Shown here piece by piece: positions 13,101 to 28,600 of a DNA stretch of 64,000 nt; within the stretch, counting starts at the first letter, position 1, and each line of letters starts with the position of its first letter. The notes beneath the pieces are model-generated. The model had not been told where the DNA came from and made no database searches. It saw only the letters and a list, made by a program, of their open reading frames with translations. Both the position numbers and the translations under genes were made by a program. This DNA is from Azolla caroliniana (Eukaryota > Plantae > Polypodiophyta), in NCBI GenBank assembly GCA_043228905.1, contig JBHGNT010000087.1, positions 31,819-95,818 on the forward strand, read 5' to 3'.

Positions 13101-16100
13101 CTCGACCTGAGTTTCAAAATCTTGACTTTTTAATTTCATATCATAGCTAGCGATGTTAGCTTCGTTTCGCATGTTTGAACACAAAAATCCGATATCACAC
13201 GAGCCAGGTATGAACATTTTAATTTACCTACTAGCTCTTCTCAACTCACTCCTCAAATTTGCTAATTTCGTCATGTCTCTCGACCTGAGTTTCAAAATCT
13301 TGATTTTTTAATTCCATATCATAGCTAGCGTTGTTAGCTTCGAATCGCATGTTTGAACACAAAAATCCGATATCACACGAGCCAGGTATGACCAAGTATG
13401 AACATTTTAATTTACCTACTAGCTCTTCTCAACTCACTCCTCAAATTTGGTAATTTCCTCATGTCTCTCAACCTGAGTTTCAAAATCTTGATTTTTTAAT
13501 TCCATATCATAGCTAGCATTGTTAGCTTCGATTCGCATGTTTGAACACAAAAATCCGATATCACACGAGCCAGGTATGAACATTTTCATTTACCTACTAG
13601 CTCTTCTCAACTCACTCCTCAAATTTGCTAATTTCGTCATGTCTCTCGACCTGAGTTTCAAAATCTTGATTTTTTAATTCCATATCATAGCTAGCGTTGT
13701 TAGCTTCGAATCGCATGTTTGAACACAGAAATCCGATTTCACACGAGCCAGGTATGAACATTTTCATTTACTCAAGGGCTCCTCTCAACTCACTCCTCAA
13801 ATTTGCTAATTTCGTCATGTCTCTCGACCTGAGTTTCAAAATCTTGACTTTTTAATTTCATATCATAGCTAGCGATGTTAGCTTCGTTTCGCATGTTTGA
13901 ACACAAAAATCCGATATCACACGAGCCAGGTATGAACATTTTAATTTACCTACTAGCTCTTCTCAACTCACTCCTCAAATTTGCTAATTTCGTCATGTCT
14001 CTCGACCTGAGTTTCAAAATCTTGATTTTTTAATTCCATATCATAGCTAGCGTTGTTAGCTTCGAATCGCATGTTTGAACACAAAAATCTGATATCACAC
14101 GAGCCAGGTAGGAACATTTTCATTTACTCAAGGGCTCCCCTCAACTCACTACTCAAATTTGGTAATTTCGTCATGTCTCTCGACCTGAGTTTCAAAATCT
14201 TGATCTTTTAATTTCATATCATAGCTAGCGTTGTTAGCTTCGTTTCGCATGTTTGAACACAAAAATCCGATATCACACGAGCCAGGTATGAACATTTTCA
14301 TTTACTCAAGGGCTCCTCTCAACGCACTATTCAAATTTGGTAATTTCGTCATGTCTCTCGACCTGAGTTTCAAAATCTTGATCTTTTAATTCCATATCAT
14401 AGCTAGCGTTGTTAGCTTCGAATCGCATGTTTGAACACAAAAATCCGATATCACACGAGCCAGGTATGAACATTTTCATTTACTCAAGGGCTCCTCTCAA
14501 CTCACTACTGAAATTTGGTAATTTCGTCATGTCTCTCGACCTGAGTTTCAAAATCTTCATCTTTTAATTTCATATCATAGCTAGCGTTGTTAGCTTCGTT
14601 TCGCATGTTTGAACACAAAAATCCGATATCACACGAGCTAGGTATGAACATTTTCATTTACCTACTAGGTCTTCTCAACTCACTCCTCAAATTTGGTAAT
14701 TTCGTCATGTCTCTCGACCTTAGTTTCAAAATCTTGATTTTTTAATTCCATATCATAGCTAGCGTTGTTAGCTTCGAATCGCATGTTTGAACACAAAAAT
14801 CCGATATCACACGAGCCAGGTATGAACATTTTCATTTACTCAAGGGCTCCTCTCAACTCACTCCTCAAATTTGCTAATTTCGTCATGTCTCTCGACCTGA
14901 GTTTCAAAATCTTGACTTTTTAATTTCATATCATAGCTAGCGATGTTAGCTTCGTTTCGCATGTTTGAACACAAAAATCCGATATCACACGAGCCAGGTA
15001 TGAACATTTTGATTTACCTACTAGCTCTTCTCAACTCACTCCTCAAATTTGCTAATTTCGTCATGTCTCTCGACCTGAGTTTCAAAATCTTGATTTTTTA
15101 ATTCCATATCATAGCTAGCGTTCTTAGCTTCGAATCGCATGTTTGAACACAAAAATCCGATATCACACGAGCCAGGTATGAACATTTTCATTTACTCAAG
15201 GGCTCCCCTCAACTCACTCCTCAAATTTGCTAATTTCCTCATGTCTCTCAACCTGAGTTTCAAAATCTTGATTTTTTAATTCCATATCATAGCTAGCATT
15301 GTTAGCTTCGATTCGCATGTTTGAACACAAAAATCCGATATCACACGAGCCAGGTATGAACATTTTCATTTACCTACTAGCTCTTCTCAACTCACTCCTC
15401 AAATTTGCTAATTTCGTCATGTCTCTCGACCTGAGTTTCAAAATCTTGATTTTTTAATTCCATATCATAGCTAGCGTTGTTAGCTTCGAATCGCATGTTT
15501 GAACACAAAAATCCGATATCACACGAGCCAGGTATGAACATTTTCATTTACTCAAGGGCTCCTCTCAACTCACTACTGAAATTTGCTAATTTCGTCATGT
15601 CTCTCGACCTGAGTTTCAAAATCTTGACTTTTTAATTTCATATCATAGCTAGCGATGTTAGCTTCGTTTCGCATGTTTGAACACAAAAATCCGATATCAC
15701 ACGAGCCAGGTATGAACATTTTGATTTACCTACTAGCGCTTCTCAACTCACTCCTCAAATTTGCTAATTTCGTCATGTCTCTCGACCTGAGTTTCAAAAT
15801 CTTGATTTTTTAATTCCATATCATAGCTAGCGTTGTTAGCTTCGAATCGCATGTTTGAACACAAAAATCCGATATCACACGAGCCAGGTATGAACATTTT
15901 CATTTACTCAAGGGCTCCCCTCTACTCACTCCTCAAATTTGCTACTTTCATCATGTCTCTCGACCTGAGTTTCAAAATCTTGATTTTTTAATTCCATATC
16001 ATAGCTAGCGATGTTAGCTTCGTTTCGCATGTTTGAACACAAAAATCCGATATCACACGAGCCAGGTATGAACATTTTAATTTACCTACTAGCTCTTCTC

Positions 16101-19100
16101 AACTCACTCCTCAAATTTGCTAATTTCGTCATGTCTCTCGACCTGAGTTTCAAAATCTTGATTTTTTAATTCCATATCATAGCTAGCGTTCTTAGCTTCG
16201 AATCGCATGTTTGAACACAAAAATCTGATATCACACGAGCCAGGTAGGAACATTTTCATTTACTCAAGGGCTCCCCTCAACTCACTACTCAAATTTGGTA
16301 ATTTCGTCATGTCTCTCGACCTGAGTTTCAAAATCTTGATCTTTTAATTTCATATCATAGCTAGCGTTGTTAGCTTCGTTTCGCATGTTTGAACACAAAA
16401 ATCCGATATCACACGAGCCAGGTATGAACATTTTCATTTACTCAAGGGCTCCTCTCAACTCACTATTCAAATTTGGTAATTTCGTCATGTCTCTCGACCT
16501 GAGTTTCAAAATCTTGATCTTTTAATTCCATATCATAGCTAGCGTTGTTAGCTTCGAATCGCATGTTTGAACACAAAAATCCGATATCACACGAGCCAGG
16601 TATGAACATTTTCATTTACTCAAGGGCTCCTCTCAACTCACTACTGAAATTTGGTAATTTCGTCATGTCTCTCGACCTGAGTTTCAAAATCTTCATCTTT
16701 TAATTTCATATCATAGCTAGCGTTGTTAGCTTCGTTTCGCATGTTTGAACACAAAAATCCGATATCACACGAGCTAGGTATGAACATTTTAATTTACCTA
16801 CTAGCTCTTCTCAACTCACTCCTCAAATTTGCTAATTTCGTCATGTCTCTCGACCTGAGTTTCAAAATCTTAATTTTTTAATTCTATATCATAGCTAGCG
16901 TTGTTAGCTTCGATTCGCATGTTTGAACACAAAAATCCGATATCACACGAGCCAGGTATGAACATTTTAATTTACCTACTAGCTCTTCTCAACTCACTCC
17001 TCAAATTTGCTAATTTCGTCATGTCTCTCGACCTGAGTTTCAAAATCTTGATTTTTTAATTCCATATCATAGCTAGCGTTGTTAGCTTCGAATCGCATGT
17101 TTGAACACAAAAATCTGATATCACACGAGCCAGGTAGGAACATTTTCATTTACTCAAGGGCTCCCCTCAACTCACTACTCAAATTTGGTAATTTCGTCAT
17201 GTCTCTCGACCTGAGTTTCAAAATCTTGATCTTTTAATTTCATATCATAGCTAGCGTTGTTAGCTTCGTTTCGCATGTTTGAACACAAAAATCCGATATC
17301 ACACGAGCCAGGTATGAACATTTTCATTTACTCAAGGGCTCCTCTCAACTCACTATTCAAATTTGGTAATTTCGTCATGTCTCTCGACCTGAGTTTCAAA
17401 ATCTTGATCTTTTAATTTCATATCATAGCTAGCGTTGTTAGCTTCGTTTCGCATGTTTGAACACAAAAATCCGATATCACACGAGCTAGGTATGAACATT
17501 TTAATTTACCTACTAGCTCTTCTCAACTCACTCCTCAAATTTGCTAATTTCGTCATGTCTCTCGACCTGAGTTTCAAAATCTTGATTTTTTAATTCCATA
17601 TCATAGCTAGCGTTGTTAGCTTCGAATCGCATGTTTGAACACAAAAATCCGATATCACACGAGCCAGGTATGAACATTTTCATTTACTCAAGGGCTCCCC
17701 TCAACTCACTCCTCAAATTTGCTAATTTCGTCATGTCTCTCGACCTGAGTTTCAAAATCTTGATTTTTTAATTCCATATCATAGCTAGCGTTGTTAGCTT
17801 CGATTCGCATGTTTGAACACAAAAATCCGATATCACACGAGCCAGGTATGAACATTTTCATTTACTCAAGGGCTCCCCTCAACTCACTCCTCAAATTTGG
17901 TAATTTCGTCATGTCTCTCGACCTGAGTTTCAAAATCTTGATTTTTTAATTCCATATCGTATCTAGCATTGTTAGCTTCGTTTCGCATGTTTGAAAACAA
18001 AAATCCGATATCACACGAGCTAGGTATGAACATTTTCATTTACCTACTAGCTCTTCTCAACTCACTCCTCAAATTTGGTAATTTCGTCATGTCTCTCGAC
18101 CTGAGTTTCAAAATCTTGATTTTTTAATTCCATATCATAGCTAGCGTTGTTAGCTTCGAATCGCATGTTTGAACACAAAAATCCGATATCACACGAGCCA
18201 GGTATGAACATTTTCATTTACTCAAGGGCTCCTCTCAACTCACTACTGAAATTTGCTAATTTCGTCATGTCTCTCGACCTGAGTTTCAAAATCTTCATCT
18301 TTTAATTTCATATCATAGCTAGCGTTGTTAGCTTCGTTTCGCATGTTTGAACACAAAAATCCGATATCACACGAGCTAGGTATGAACATTTTCATTTACC
18401 TACTAGGTCTTCTCAACTCACTCCTCAAATTTGGTAATTTCGTCATGTCTCTCGACCTGAGTTTCAAAATCTTGATTTTTTAATTCCATATCATAGCTAG
18501 CGTTGTTAGCTTCGAATCGCATGTTTGAACACAGAAATCCGATTTCACACGAGCCAGGTATGAACATTTTCATTTACTCAAGGGCTCCTCTCAACTCACT
18601 CCTCAAATTTGCTAATTTCGTCATGTCTCTCGACCTGAGTTTCAAAATCTTGACTTTTTAATTTCATATCATAGCTAGCGATGTTAGCTTCGTTTCGCAT
18701 GTTTGAACACAAAAATCCGATATCACACGAGCCAGGTATGAACATTTTAATTTACCTACTAGCTCTTCTCAACTCACTCCTCCAATTTGCTAATTTCGTC
18801 ATGTCTCTCGACCTGAGTTTCAAAATCTTGATTTTTTAATTCCATATCATAGCTAGCGTTGTTAGCTTCGAATCGCATGTTTGAACACAAAAATCCGATA
18901 TCACACGAGCCAGGTATGAACATTTTCATTTACTCAAGGGCTCCCCTCAACTCACTCCTCAAATTTGCTAATTTCGTCATGTCTCTCGACCTGAGTTTCA
19001 AAATCTTGACTTTTTAATTTCATATCATAGCTAGCGATGTTAGCTTCGTTTCGCATGTTTGAACACAAAAATCCGATATCACACGAGCCAGGTATGAACA

Positions 19101-20104
19101 TTTTCATTTACCTACTAGCTCTTCTCAACTCACTCCTCAAATTTGCTAATTTCGTCATGTCTCTCGACCTGAGTTTCAAAATCTTGATTTTTTAATTCCA
19201 TATCATAGCTAGCGTTGTTAGCTTCGAATCGCATGTTTGAACACAAAAATCCGATATCACACGAGCCAGGTATGAACATTTTCATTTACTCAAGGGCTCC
19301 TCTCAACTCACTACTGAAATTTGCTAATTTCGTCATGTCTCTCGACCTGAGTTCAAAATCTTGACTTTTAAATTTCATATCATAGCTAGCGATGTTAGCT
19401 TCGTTTCCAATGTTTGAACACAAAAATCCGATATCACACGAGCCAGGTATGAACATTTTAATTTACCTACTAGCTCTTCTCAACTCACTCCTCAAATTTG
19501 CTAATTTCGTCATGTCTCTCGACCTGAGTTTCAAAATCTTAATTTTTTAATTCTATATCATAGCTAGCGTTGTTAGCTTCGATTCGCATGTTTGAACACA
19601 AAAATCCGATATCACACGAGCCAGGTATGAACATTTTAATTTACCTACTAGCTCTTCTCAACTCACTCCTCAAATTTGCTAATTTCGTCATGTCTCTCGA
19701 CCTGAGTTTCAAAATCTTGATTTTTTAATTCCATATCATAGCTAGCGTTGTTAGCTTCGAATCGCATGTTTGAACACAAAAATCTGATATCACACGAGCC
19801 AGGTAGGAACATTTTCATTTACTCAAGGGCTCCCCTCAACTCACTACTCAAATTTGGTAATTTCGTCATGTCTCTCGACCTGAGTTTCAAAATCTTGATT
19901 TTTTAATTCCATATCATAGCTAGCGTTGTTAGCTTCGTTTCGCATGTTTGAACACAAAAATCCGATATCACACGAGCCAGGTATGAACATTTTCATTTAC
20001 TCAAGGGCTCCTCTCAACTCACTATTCAAATTTGGTAATTTCGTCATGTCTCTCGACCTGAGTTTCAAAATCTTGATCTTTTAATTTCTTATCATAGCTA
20101 GCGT

Positions 20105-23100
20105 TGTTAGCTTCGTTTCGCATGTTTGAACACAAAAATCCGATATCACACGAGCCAGGTATGAACATTTTAATTTACCTACTAGCTCTTCTCAACTCAC
20201 TCCTCAAATTTGCTAATTTCGTCATGTCTCTCGACCTGAGTTTCAAAATCTTGATTTTTTAATTCCATATCATAGCTAGCGTTGTTAGCTTCGAATCGCA
20301 TGTTTGAACACAAAAATCCGATATCACACGAGCCAGGTATGAACATTTTCATTTACTCAAGGGCTCCTCTCAACTCACTACTGAAATTTGGTAATTTCGT
20401 CATGTCTCTCGACCTGAGTTTCAAAATCTTCATCTTTTAATTTCATATCATAGCTAGCGTTGTTAGCTTCGTTTCGCATGTTTGAACACAAAAATCCGAT
20501 ATCACACGAGCTAGGTATGAACATTTTCATTTACCTACTAGGTCTTCTCAACTCACTCCTCAAATTTGGTAATTTCGTCATGTCTCTCGACCTGAGTTTC
20601 AAAATCTTGATTTTTTAATTCCATATCATAGCTAGCGTTGTTAGCTTCGAATCGCATGTTTGAACACAAAAATCCGATATCACACGAGCCAGGTATGAAC
20701 ATTTTCATTTACTCAAGGGCTCCCCTCAACTCACTACTCAAATTTGGTAATTTCGTCATGTCTCTCGACCTGAGTTTCAAAATCTTGATTTTTTAATTCC
20801 ATATCATAGCTAGCGTTGTTAGCTTCGTTTCGCATGTTTGAACACAAAAATCCGATATCACACGAGCCAGGTATGAACATTTTCATTTACTCAAGGGCTC
20901 CTCTCAACTCACTATTCAAATTTGGTAATTTCGTCATGTCTCTCGACCTGAGTTTCAAAATCTTGATCTTTTAATTTCTTATCATAGCTAGCGTTGTTAG
21001 CTTCGTTTCGCATGTTTGAACACAAAAATCCGATATCACACGAGCCAGGTATGAACATTTTAATTTACCTACTAGCTCTTCTCAACTCACTCCTCAAATT
21101 TGCTAATTTCGTCATGTCTCTCGACCTGAGTTTCAAAATCTTGATTTTTTAATTCCATATCATAGCTAGCGTTGTTAGCTTCGAATCGCATGTTTGAACA
21201 CAAAAATCCGATATCACACGAGCCAGGTATGAACATTTTCATTTACTCAAGGGCTCCCCTCAACTCACTCCTCAAATTTGCTAATTTCATCATGTCTCTC
21301 GACCTGAGTTTCAAAATCTTGATTTTTTAATTCCATATCATAGCTAGCGTTGTTAGCTTCGAATCGCATGTTTGAACACAAAAATCCGATATCACACGAG
21401 CCAGGTATGAACATTTTTATTTACTCAAGGGCTCCTCTCAACTCACTACTCAAATTTGGTAATTTCGTCATGTCTCTCGACCTGAGATTCAAAATCTTGA
21501 TTTTTTAATTCCATAACATAGCTAGCGTTGTTAGCTTCGAATCGCATGTTTGAACGCAAAAATCCGATATCACACGAGCCAGGTATGAACATTTTCATTT
21601 ACTCAAGGGCTCCCCTCAACTCACTCCTCAAATTTGGTAATTTCGTCATGTCTCTCGACCTGAGTTTCAAAATCTAGATTTTTTAATTCCATATCGTATC
21701 TAGCATTGTTAGCTTCGTTTCGCATGTTTGAAAACAAAAATCCGATATCACACGAGCTAGGTATGAACATTTTCATTTACCTACTAGCTCTTCTCAACTC
21801 ACTCCTCAAATTTGGTAATTTCGTCATGTCTCTCGACCTGAGTTTCAAAATCTTGATTTTTTAATTCCATATCATAGCTAGCGTTGTTAGCTTCGAATCG
21901 CATGTTTGAACACAAAAATCCGATATCACACGAGCCAGGTATGAACATTTTCATTTACTCAAGGGCTCCTCTCAACTCACTACTGAAATTTGGTAATTTC
22001 GTCTTGTCTCTCGACCTGAGTTTCAAAATCTTCATCTTTTAATTTCATATCATAGCTAGCGTTGTTAGCTTCGTTTCGCATGTTTGAACACAAAAATCCG
22101 ATATCACACGAGCTAGGTATGAACATTTTCATTTACCTACTAGGTCTTCTCAACTCACTCCTCAAATTTGGTAATTTCGTCATGTCTCTCGACCTGAGTT
22201 TCAAAATCTTGATTTTTTAATTCCATATCATAGCTAGCGTTGTTAGCTTCGAATCGCATGTTTGAACACAAAAATCCGATATCACACGAGCCAGGTATGA
22301 ACATTTTCATTTACTCAAGGGCTCCTCTCAACTCACTCCTCAAATTTGCTAATTTCGTCATGTCTCTCGACCTGAGTTTCAAAATCTTGACTTTTTAATT
22401 TCATATCATAGCTAGCGATGTTAGCTTCGTTTCGCATGTTTGAACACAAAAATCCGATATCACACGAGCCAGGTATGAACATTTTAATTTACCTACTAGC
22501 TCTTCTCAACTCACTCCTCAAATTTGCTAATTTCGTCATGTCTCTCGACCTGAGTTTCAAAATCTTGATTTTTTAATTCCATATCATAGCTAGCGTTGTT
22601 AGCTTCGAATCGCATGTTTGAACACAAAAATCCGATATCACACGAGCCAGGTATGAACATTTTCATTTACTCAAGGGCTCCTCTCAACTCACTACTGAAA
22701 TTTGGTAATTTCGTCATGTCTCTCGACCTGAGTTTCAAAATCTTCATCTTTTAATTTCATATCATAGCTAGCGTTGTTAGCTTCGTTTCGCATGTTTGAA
22801 CACAAAAATCCGATATCACACGAGCTAGGTATGAACATTTTCATTTACCTACTAGGTCTTCTCAACTCACTCCTCAAATTTGGTAATTTCGTCATGTCTC
22901 TCGACCTGAGTTTCAAAATCTTGATTTTCTAATTCCATATCATAGCTAGCGTTGTTAGCTTCGAATCGCATGTTTGAACACAAAAATCCGATATCACACG
23001 AGCCAGGTATGAACATTTTCATTTACTCAAGGGCTCCCCTCAACTCACTACTCAAATTTGGTAATTTCGTCATGTCTCTCGACCTGAGTTTCAAAATCTT

Positions 23101-24799
23101 GATTTTTTAATTCCATATCATAGCTAGCGTTGTTAGCTTCGTTTCGCATGTTTGAACACAAAAATCCGATATCACACGAGCCAGGTATGAACATTTTCAT
23201 TTACTCAAGGGCTCCTCTCAACTCACTATTCAAATTTGGTAATTTCGTCATGTCTCTCGACCTGAGTTTCAAAATCTTGATCTTTTAATTTCTTATCATA
23301 GCTAGCGTTGTTAGCTTCGTTTCGCATGTTTGAACACAAAAATCCGATATCACACGAGCCAGGTATGAACATTTTAATTTACCTACTAGCTCTTCTCAAC
23401 TCACTCCTCAAATTTGCTAATTTCGTCATGTCTCTCGACCTGAGTTTCAAAATCTTGATTTTTTAATTCCATATCATAGCTAGCGTTGTTAGCTTCGAAT
23501 CGCATGTTTGAACACAAAAATCCGATATCACACGAGCCAGGTATGAACATTTTCATTTACTCAAGGGCTCCCCTCAACTCACTCCTCAAATTTGCTAATT
23601 TCATCATGTCTCTCGACCTGAGTTTCAAAATCTTGATTTTTTAATTCCATATCATAGCTAGCGTTGTTAGCTTCGAATCGCATGTTTGAACACAAAAATC
23701 CGATATCACACGAGCCAGGTATGAACATTTTTATTTACTCAAGGGCTCCTCTCAACTCACTACTCAAATTTGGTAATTTCGTCATGTCTCTCGACCTGAG
23801 ATTCAAAATCTTGATTTTTTAATTCCATAACATAGCTAGCGTTGTTAGCTTCGAATCGCATGTTTGAACGCAAAAATCCGATATCACACGAGCCAGGTAT
23901 GAACATTTTCATTTACTCAAGGGCTCCCCTCAACTCACTCCTCAAATTTGGTAATTTCGTCATGTCTCTCGACCTGAGTTTCAAAATCTAGATTTTTTAA
24001 TTCCATATCGTATCTAGCATTGTTAGCTTCGTTTCGCATGTTTGAAAACAAAAATCCGATATCACACGAGCTAGGTATGAACATTTTCATTTACCTACTA
24101 GCTCTTCTCAACTCACTCCTCAAATTTGGTAATTTCGTCATGTCTCTCGACCTGAGTTTCAAAATCTTGATTTTTTAATTCCATATCATAGCTAGCGTTG
24201 TTAGCTTCGAATCGCATGTTTGAACACAAAAATCCGATATCACACGAGCCAGGTATGAACATTTTCATTTACTCAAGGGCTCCTCTCAACTCACTACTGA
24301 AATTTGGTAATTTCGTCTTGTCTCTCGACCTGAGTTTCAAAATCTTCATCTTTTAATTTCATATCATAGCTAGCGTTGTTAGCTTCGTTTCGCATGTTTG
24401 AACACAAAAATCCGATATCACACGAGCTAGGTATGAACATTTTCATTTACCTACTAGGTCTTCTCAACTCACTCCTCAAATTTGGTAATTTCGTCATGTC
24501 TCTCGACCTGAGTTTCAAAATCTTGATTTTTTAATTCCATATCATAGCTAGCGTTGTTAGCTTCGAATCGCATGTTTGAACACAAAAATCCGATATCACA
24601 CGAGCCAGGTATGAACATTTTCATTTACTCAAGGGCTCCTCTCAACTCACTCCTCAAATTTGCTAATTTCGTCATGTCTCTCGACCTGAGTTTCAAAATC
24701 TTGACTTTTTAATTTCATATCATAGCTAGCGATGTTAGCTTCGTTTCGCATGTTTGAACACAAAAATCCGATATCACACGAGCCAGGTATGAACATTTT
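20105..24799 (+). repeat. 13-mer (2314 bp) higher-order repeat, 2 tandem copies
   Basis: Private SNPs recur 2314 bp apart: AATCTAGAT 21676/23990, ACATTTTTAT 21411/23725, GTCTTGTCTC 22001/24315. Confidence 0.9.
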
Positions 24800-25635
24800 C
24801 ATTTACCTACTAGCTCTTCTCAACTCACTACTCAAATTTGCTAATTTCGTCATGTCTCTCGACCTGAGTTTCAAAATCTTGATTTTTTAATTCCATATCA
24901 TAGCTAGCGTTGTTAGCTTCGAATCGCATGTTTGAACACAAAAATCCGATATCACACGAGCCAGGTATGAACATTTTCATTTACTCAAGGGCTCCCCTCA
25001 ACTCACTCCTCAAATTTGCTAATTTCGTCATGTCTCTCGACCTGAGTTTCAAAATCTTGATTTTTTAATTCCATATCATAGCTAGCATTGTTAGCTTCGA
25101 ATCGCATGTTTGAACACAAAAATCCGATATCACACGAGCCAGGTATGAACATTTTCATTTACTCAAGGGCTCCTCTCAACTCACTACTCAAATTTGGTAA
25201 TTTCGTCATGTCTCTCGACCTGAGATTCAAAATCTTGATTTTTTAATTCCATAACATAGCTAGCGTTGTTAGCTTCGAATCGCATGTTTAAACGCAAAAA
25301 TCTGATATCACACGACCCAAGTATGAACATTTTAATTTACCTACTAGCTCTTCTCCACTCACTCCTCAAATTTGGTAATTTCGTCATGTCTCTCGACCTG
25401 AGTTTCAAAATCTTGATTTTTTAATTCCATATCGTATCTAGCATTGTTAGCTTCGTTTCGCATGTTTGAACACAAAAATTCGATATCACACGGGCTAGGT
25501 ATGAACATTTTCATTTACCTACTAGGTCTTCTCAACTCACTCCTCAAATTTGGTAATTTCGTCATGTCTCTCGACCTGAGTTTCAAAATCTTGATTTTTT
25601 AATTCCATATCATAGCTAGCGTTGTTAGCTTCGAA

Positions 25636-28600
25636 TCGCATGTTTGAACACAAAAATCCGATATCACACGAGCCAGGTATGAACATTTTCATTTACTCAA
25701 GGGCTCCTCTCAACTCACTCCTCAAATTTGCTAATTTCGTCATGTCTCTCGACCTGAGTTTCAAAATCTTGACTTTTTAATTTCATATCATAGCTAGCGA
25801 TGTTAGCTTCGTTTCGCATGTTTGAACACAAAAATCCGATATCACACGAGCCAAGTATGAACATTTTAATTTACCTACTAGCTCTTCTCAACTCACTCCT
25901 CAAATTTGCTAATTTCGTCATGTCTCTCGACCTGAGTTTCAAAATCTTGATTTTTTAATTCCATATCATAGCTAGCGTTGTTAGCTTCGAATCGCATGTT
26001 TGAACACAAAAATCCGATATCACACGAGCCAGGTATGAACATTTTCATTTACTCAAGGGCTCCCCTCAACTCACTCCTCAAATTTGCTAATTTCGTCATG
26101 TCTCTCGACCTGAGTTTCAAAATCTTGATTTTTTAATTCCATATCATAGCTAGCGTTGTTAGCTTCGAATCGCATGTTTGAACACAAAAATCCGATATCA
26201 CACGAGCCAGGTATGAACATTTTCATTTACTCAAGGGCTCCCCTCAACTCACTCCTCAAATTTGGTAATTTCGTCATGTCTCTCGACCTGAGTTTCAAAA
26301 TCTTGATTTTTTAATTCCATATCGTATCTAGCATTGTTAGCTTCGTTTCGCATGTTTGAAAACAAAAATCCGATATCACACGAGCTAGGTATGAACATTT
26401 TCATTTACCTACTAGCTCTTCTCAACTCACTCCTCAAATTTGGTAATTTCGTCATGTCTCTCGACCTGAGTTTCAAAATCTTGATTTTTTAATTCCATAT
26501 CATAGCTAGCGTTGTTAGCTTCGAATCGCATGTTTGAACACAAAAATCCGATATTACACGAGCCAGGTATGAACATTTTCATTTACTCAAGGGCTCCTCT
26601 CAACTCACTCCTCAAATTTGCTAATTTCGTCATGTCTCTCGACCTGAGTTTCAAAATCTTGACTTTTTAATTTCATATCATAGCTAGCGATGTTAGCTTC
26701 GTTTCGCATGTTTGAACACAAAAATCCGATATCACACGAGCCAGGTATGAACATTTGCATTTACCTACTAGCTCTTCTCAACTCACTCCTCAAATTTGCT
26801 AATTTCGTCATGTCTCTCGACCTGAGTTTCAAAATCTTGATTTTTTAATTCCATATCATAGCTAGCGTTGTTAGCTTCGTTTCGCATGTTTGAACACAAA
26901 AATCCGATATCACACGAGCCAGGTATGAACATTTTCATTTACTCAAGGGCTCCCCTCAACTCACTCCTCAAATTTGCTAATTTCGTCATGTCTCTCGACC
27001 TGAGTTTCAAAATCTTGATTTTTTAATTCCATATCATAGCTAGCATTGTTAGCTTCGAATCGCATGTTTGAACACAAAAATCCGATATCACACGAGCCAG
27101 GTATGAACATTTTCATTTACTCAAGGGCTCCTCTCAACTCACTACTCAAATTTGGTAATTTCGTCATGTCTCTCGACCTGAGATTCAAAATCTTGATTTT
27201 TTAATTCCATAACATAGCTAGCGTTGTTAGCTTCGAATCGCATGTTTGAACGCAAAAATCTGATATCACACGACCCAAGTATGAACATTTTAATTTACCT
27301 ACTAGCTCTTCTCCACTCACTCCTCAAATTTGGTAATTTCGTCATGTCTCTCGACCTGAGTTTCAAAATCTTGATTTTCTAATTCCATATCGTATCTAGC
27401 ATTGTTAGCTTCGTTTCGCATGTTTGAACACAAAAATCCGATATCACACGAGCTAGGTATGAACATTTTCATTTACCTACTAGCTCTTCTCAACTCACTC
27501 CTCAAATTTGGTAATTTCGTCATGTCTCTCGACCTGAGTTTCAAAATCTTGATTTTTTAATTCCATATCATAGCTAGCGTTGTTAGCTTCGATTCGCATG
27601 TTTGAACACAAAAATCCGATATCACACGAGCCAGGTATGAACATTTTCATTTACTCAAGGGCTCCTCTCAACTCACTCCTCAAATTTGCTAATTTCGTCA
27701 TGTCTCTCGACCTGAGTTTCAAAATCTTGACTTTTTAATTTCATATCATAGCTAGCGATGTTAGCTTCGTTTCGCATGTTTGAACACAAAAATCCGATAT
27801 CACACGAGCCAAGTATGAACATTTTAATTTACCTACTAGCTCTTCTCAACTCACTCCTCAAATTTGCTAATTTCGTCATGTCTCTCGACCTGAGTTTCAA
27901 AATCTTGATTTTTTAATTCCATATCATAGCTAGCGTTGTTAGCTTCGAATCGCATGTTTGAACACAAAAATCCGATATCACACGAGCCAGGTATGAACAT
28001 TTTCATTTACTCAAGGGCTCCCCTCAACTCACTCCTCAAATTTGCTAATTTCGTCATGTCTCTCGACCTGAGTTTCAAAATCTTGATTTTTTAATTCCAT
28101 ATCATAGCTAGCGTTGTTAGCTTCGAATCGCATGTTTGAACACAAAAATCCGATATCACACGAGCCAGGTATGAACATTTTCATTTACTCAAGGGCTCCC
28201 CTCAACTCACTCCTCAAATTTGGTAATTTCGTCATGTCTCTCGACCTGAGTTTCAAAATCTTGATTTTTTAATTCCATATCGTATCTAGCATTGTTAGCT
28301 TCGTTTCGCATGTTTGAAAACAAAAATCCGATATCACACGAGCTAGGTATGAACATTTTCATTTACCTACTAGCTCTTCTCAACTCACTCCTCAAATTTG
28401 GTAATTTCGTCATGTCTCTCGACCTGAGTTTCAAAATCTTGATTTTTTAATTCCATATCATAGCTAGCGTTGTTAGCTTCGAATCGCATGTTTGAACACA
28501 AAAATCCGATATTACACGAGCCAGGTATGAACATTTTCATTTACTCAAGGGCTCCTCTCAACTCACTCCTCAAATTTGCTAATTTCGTCATGTCTCTCGA

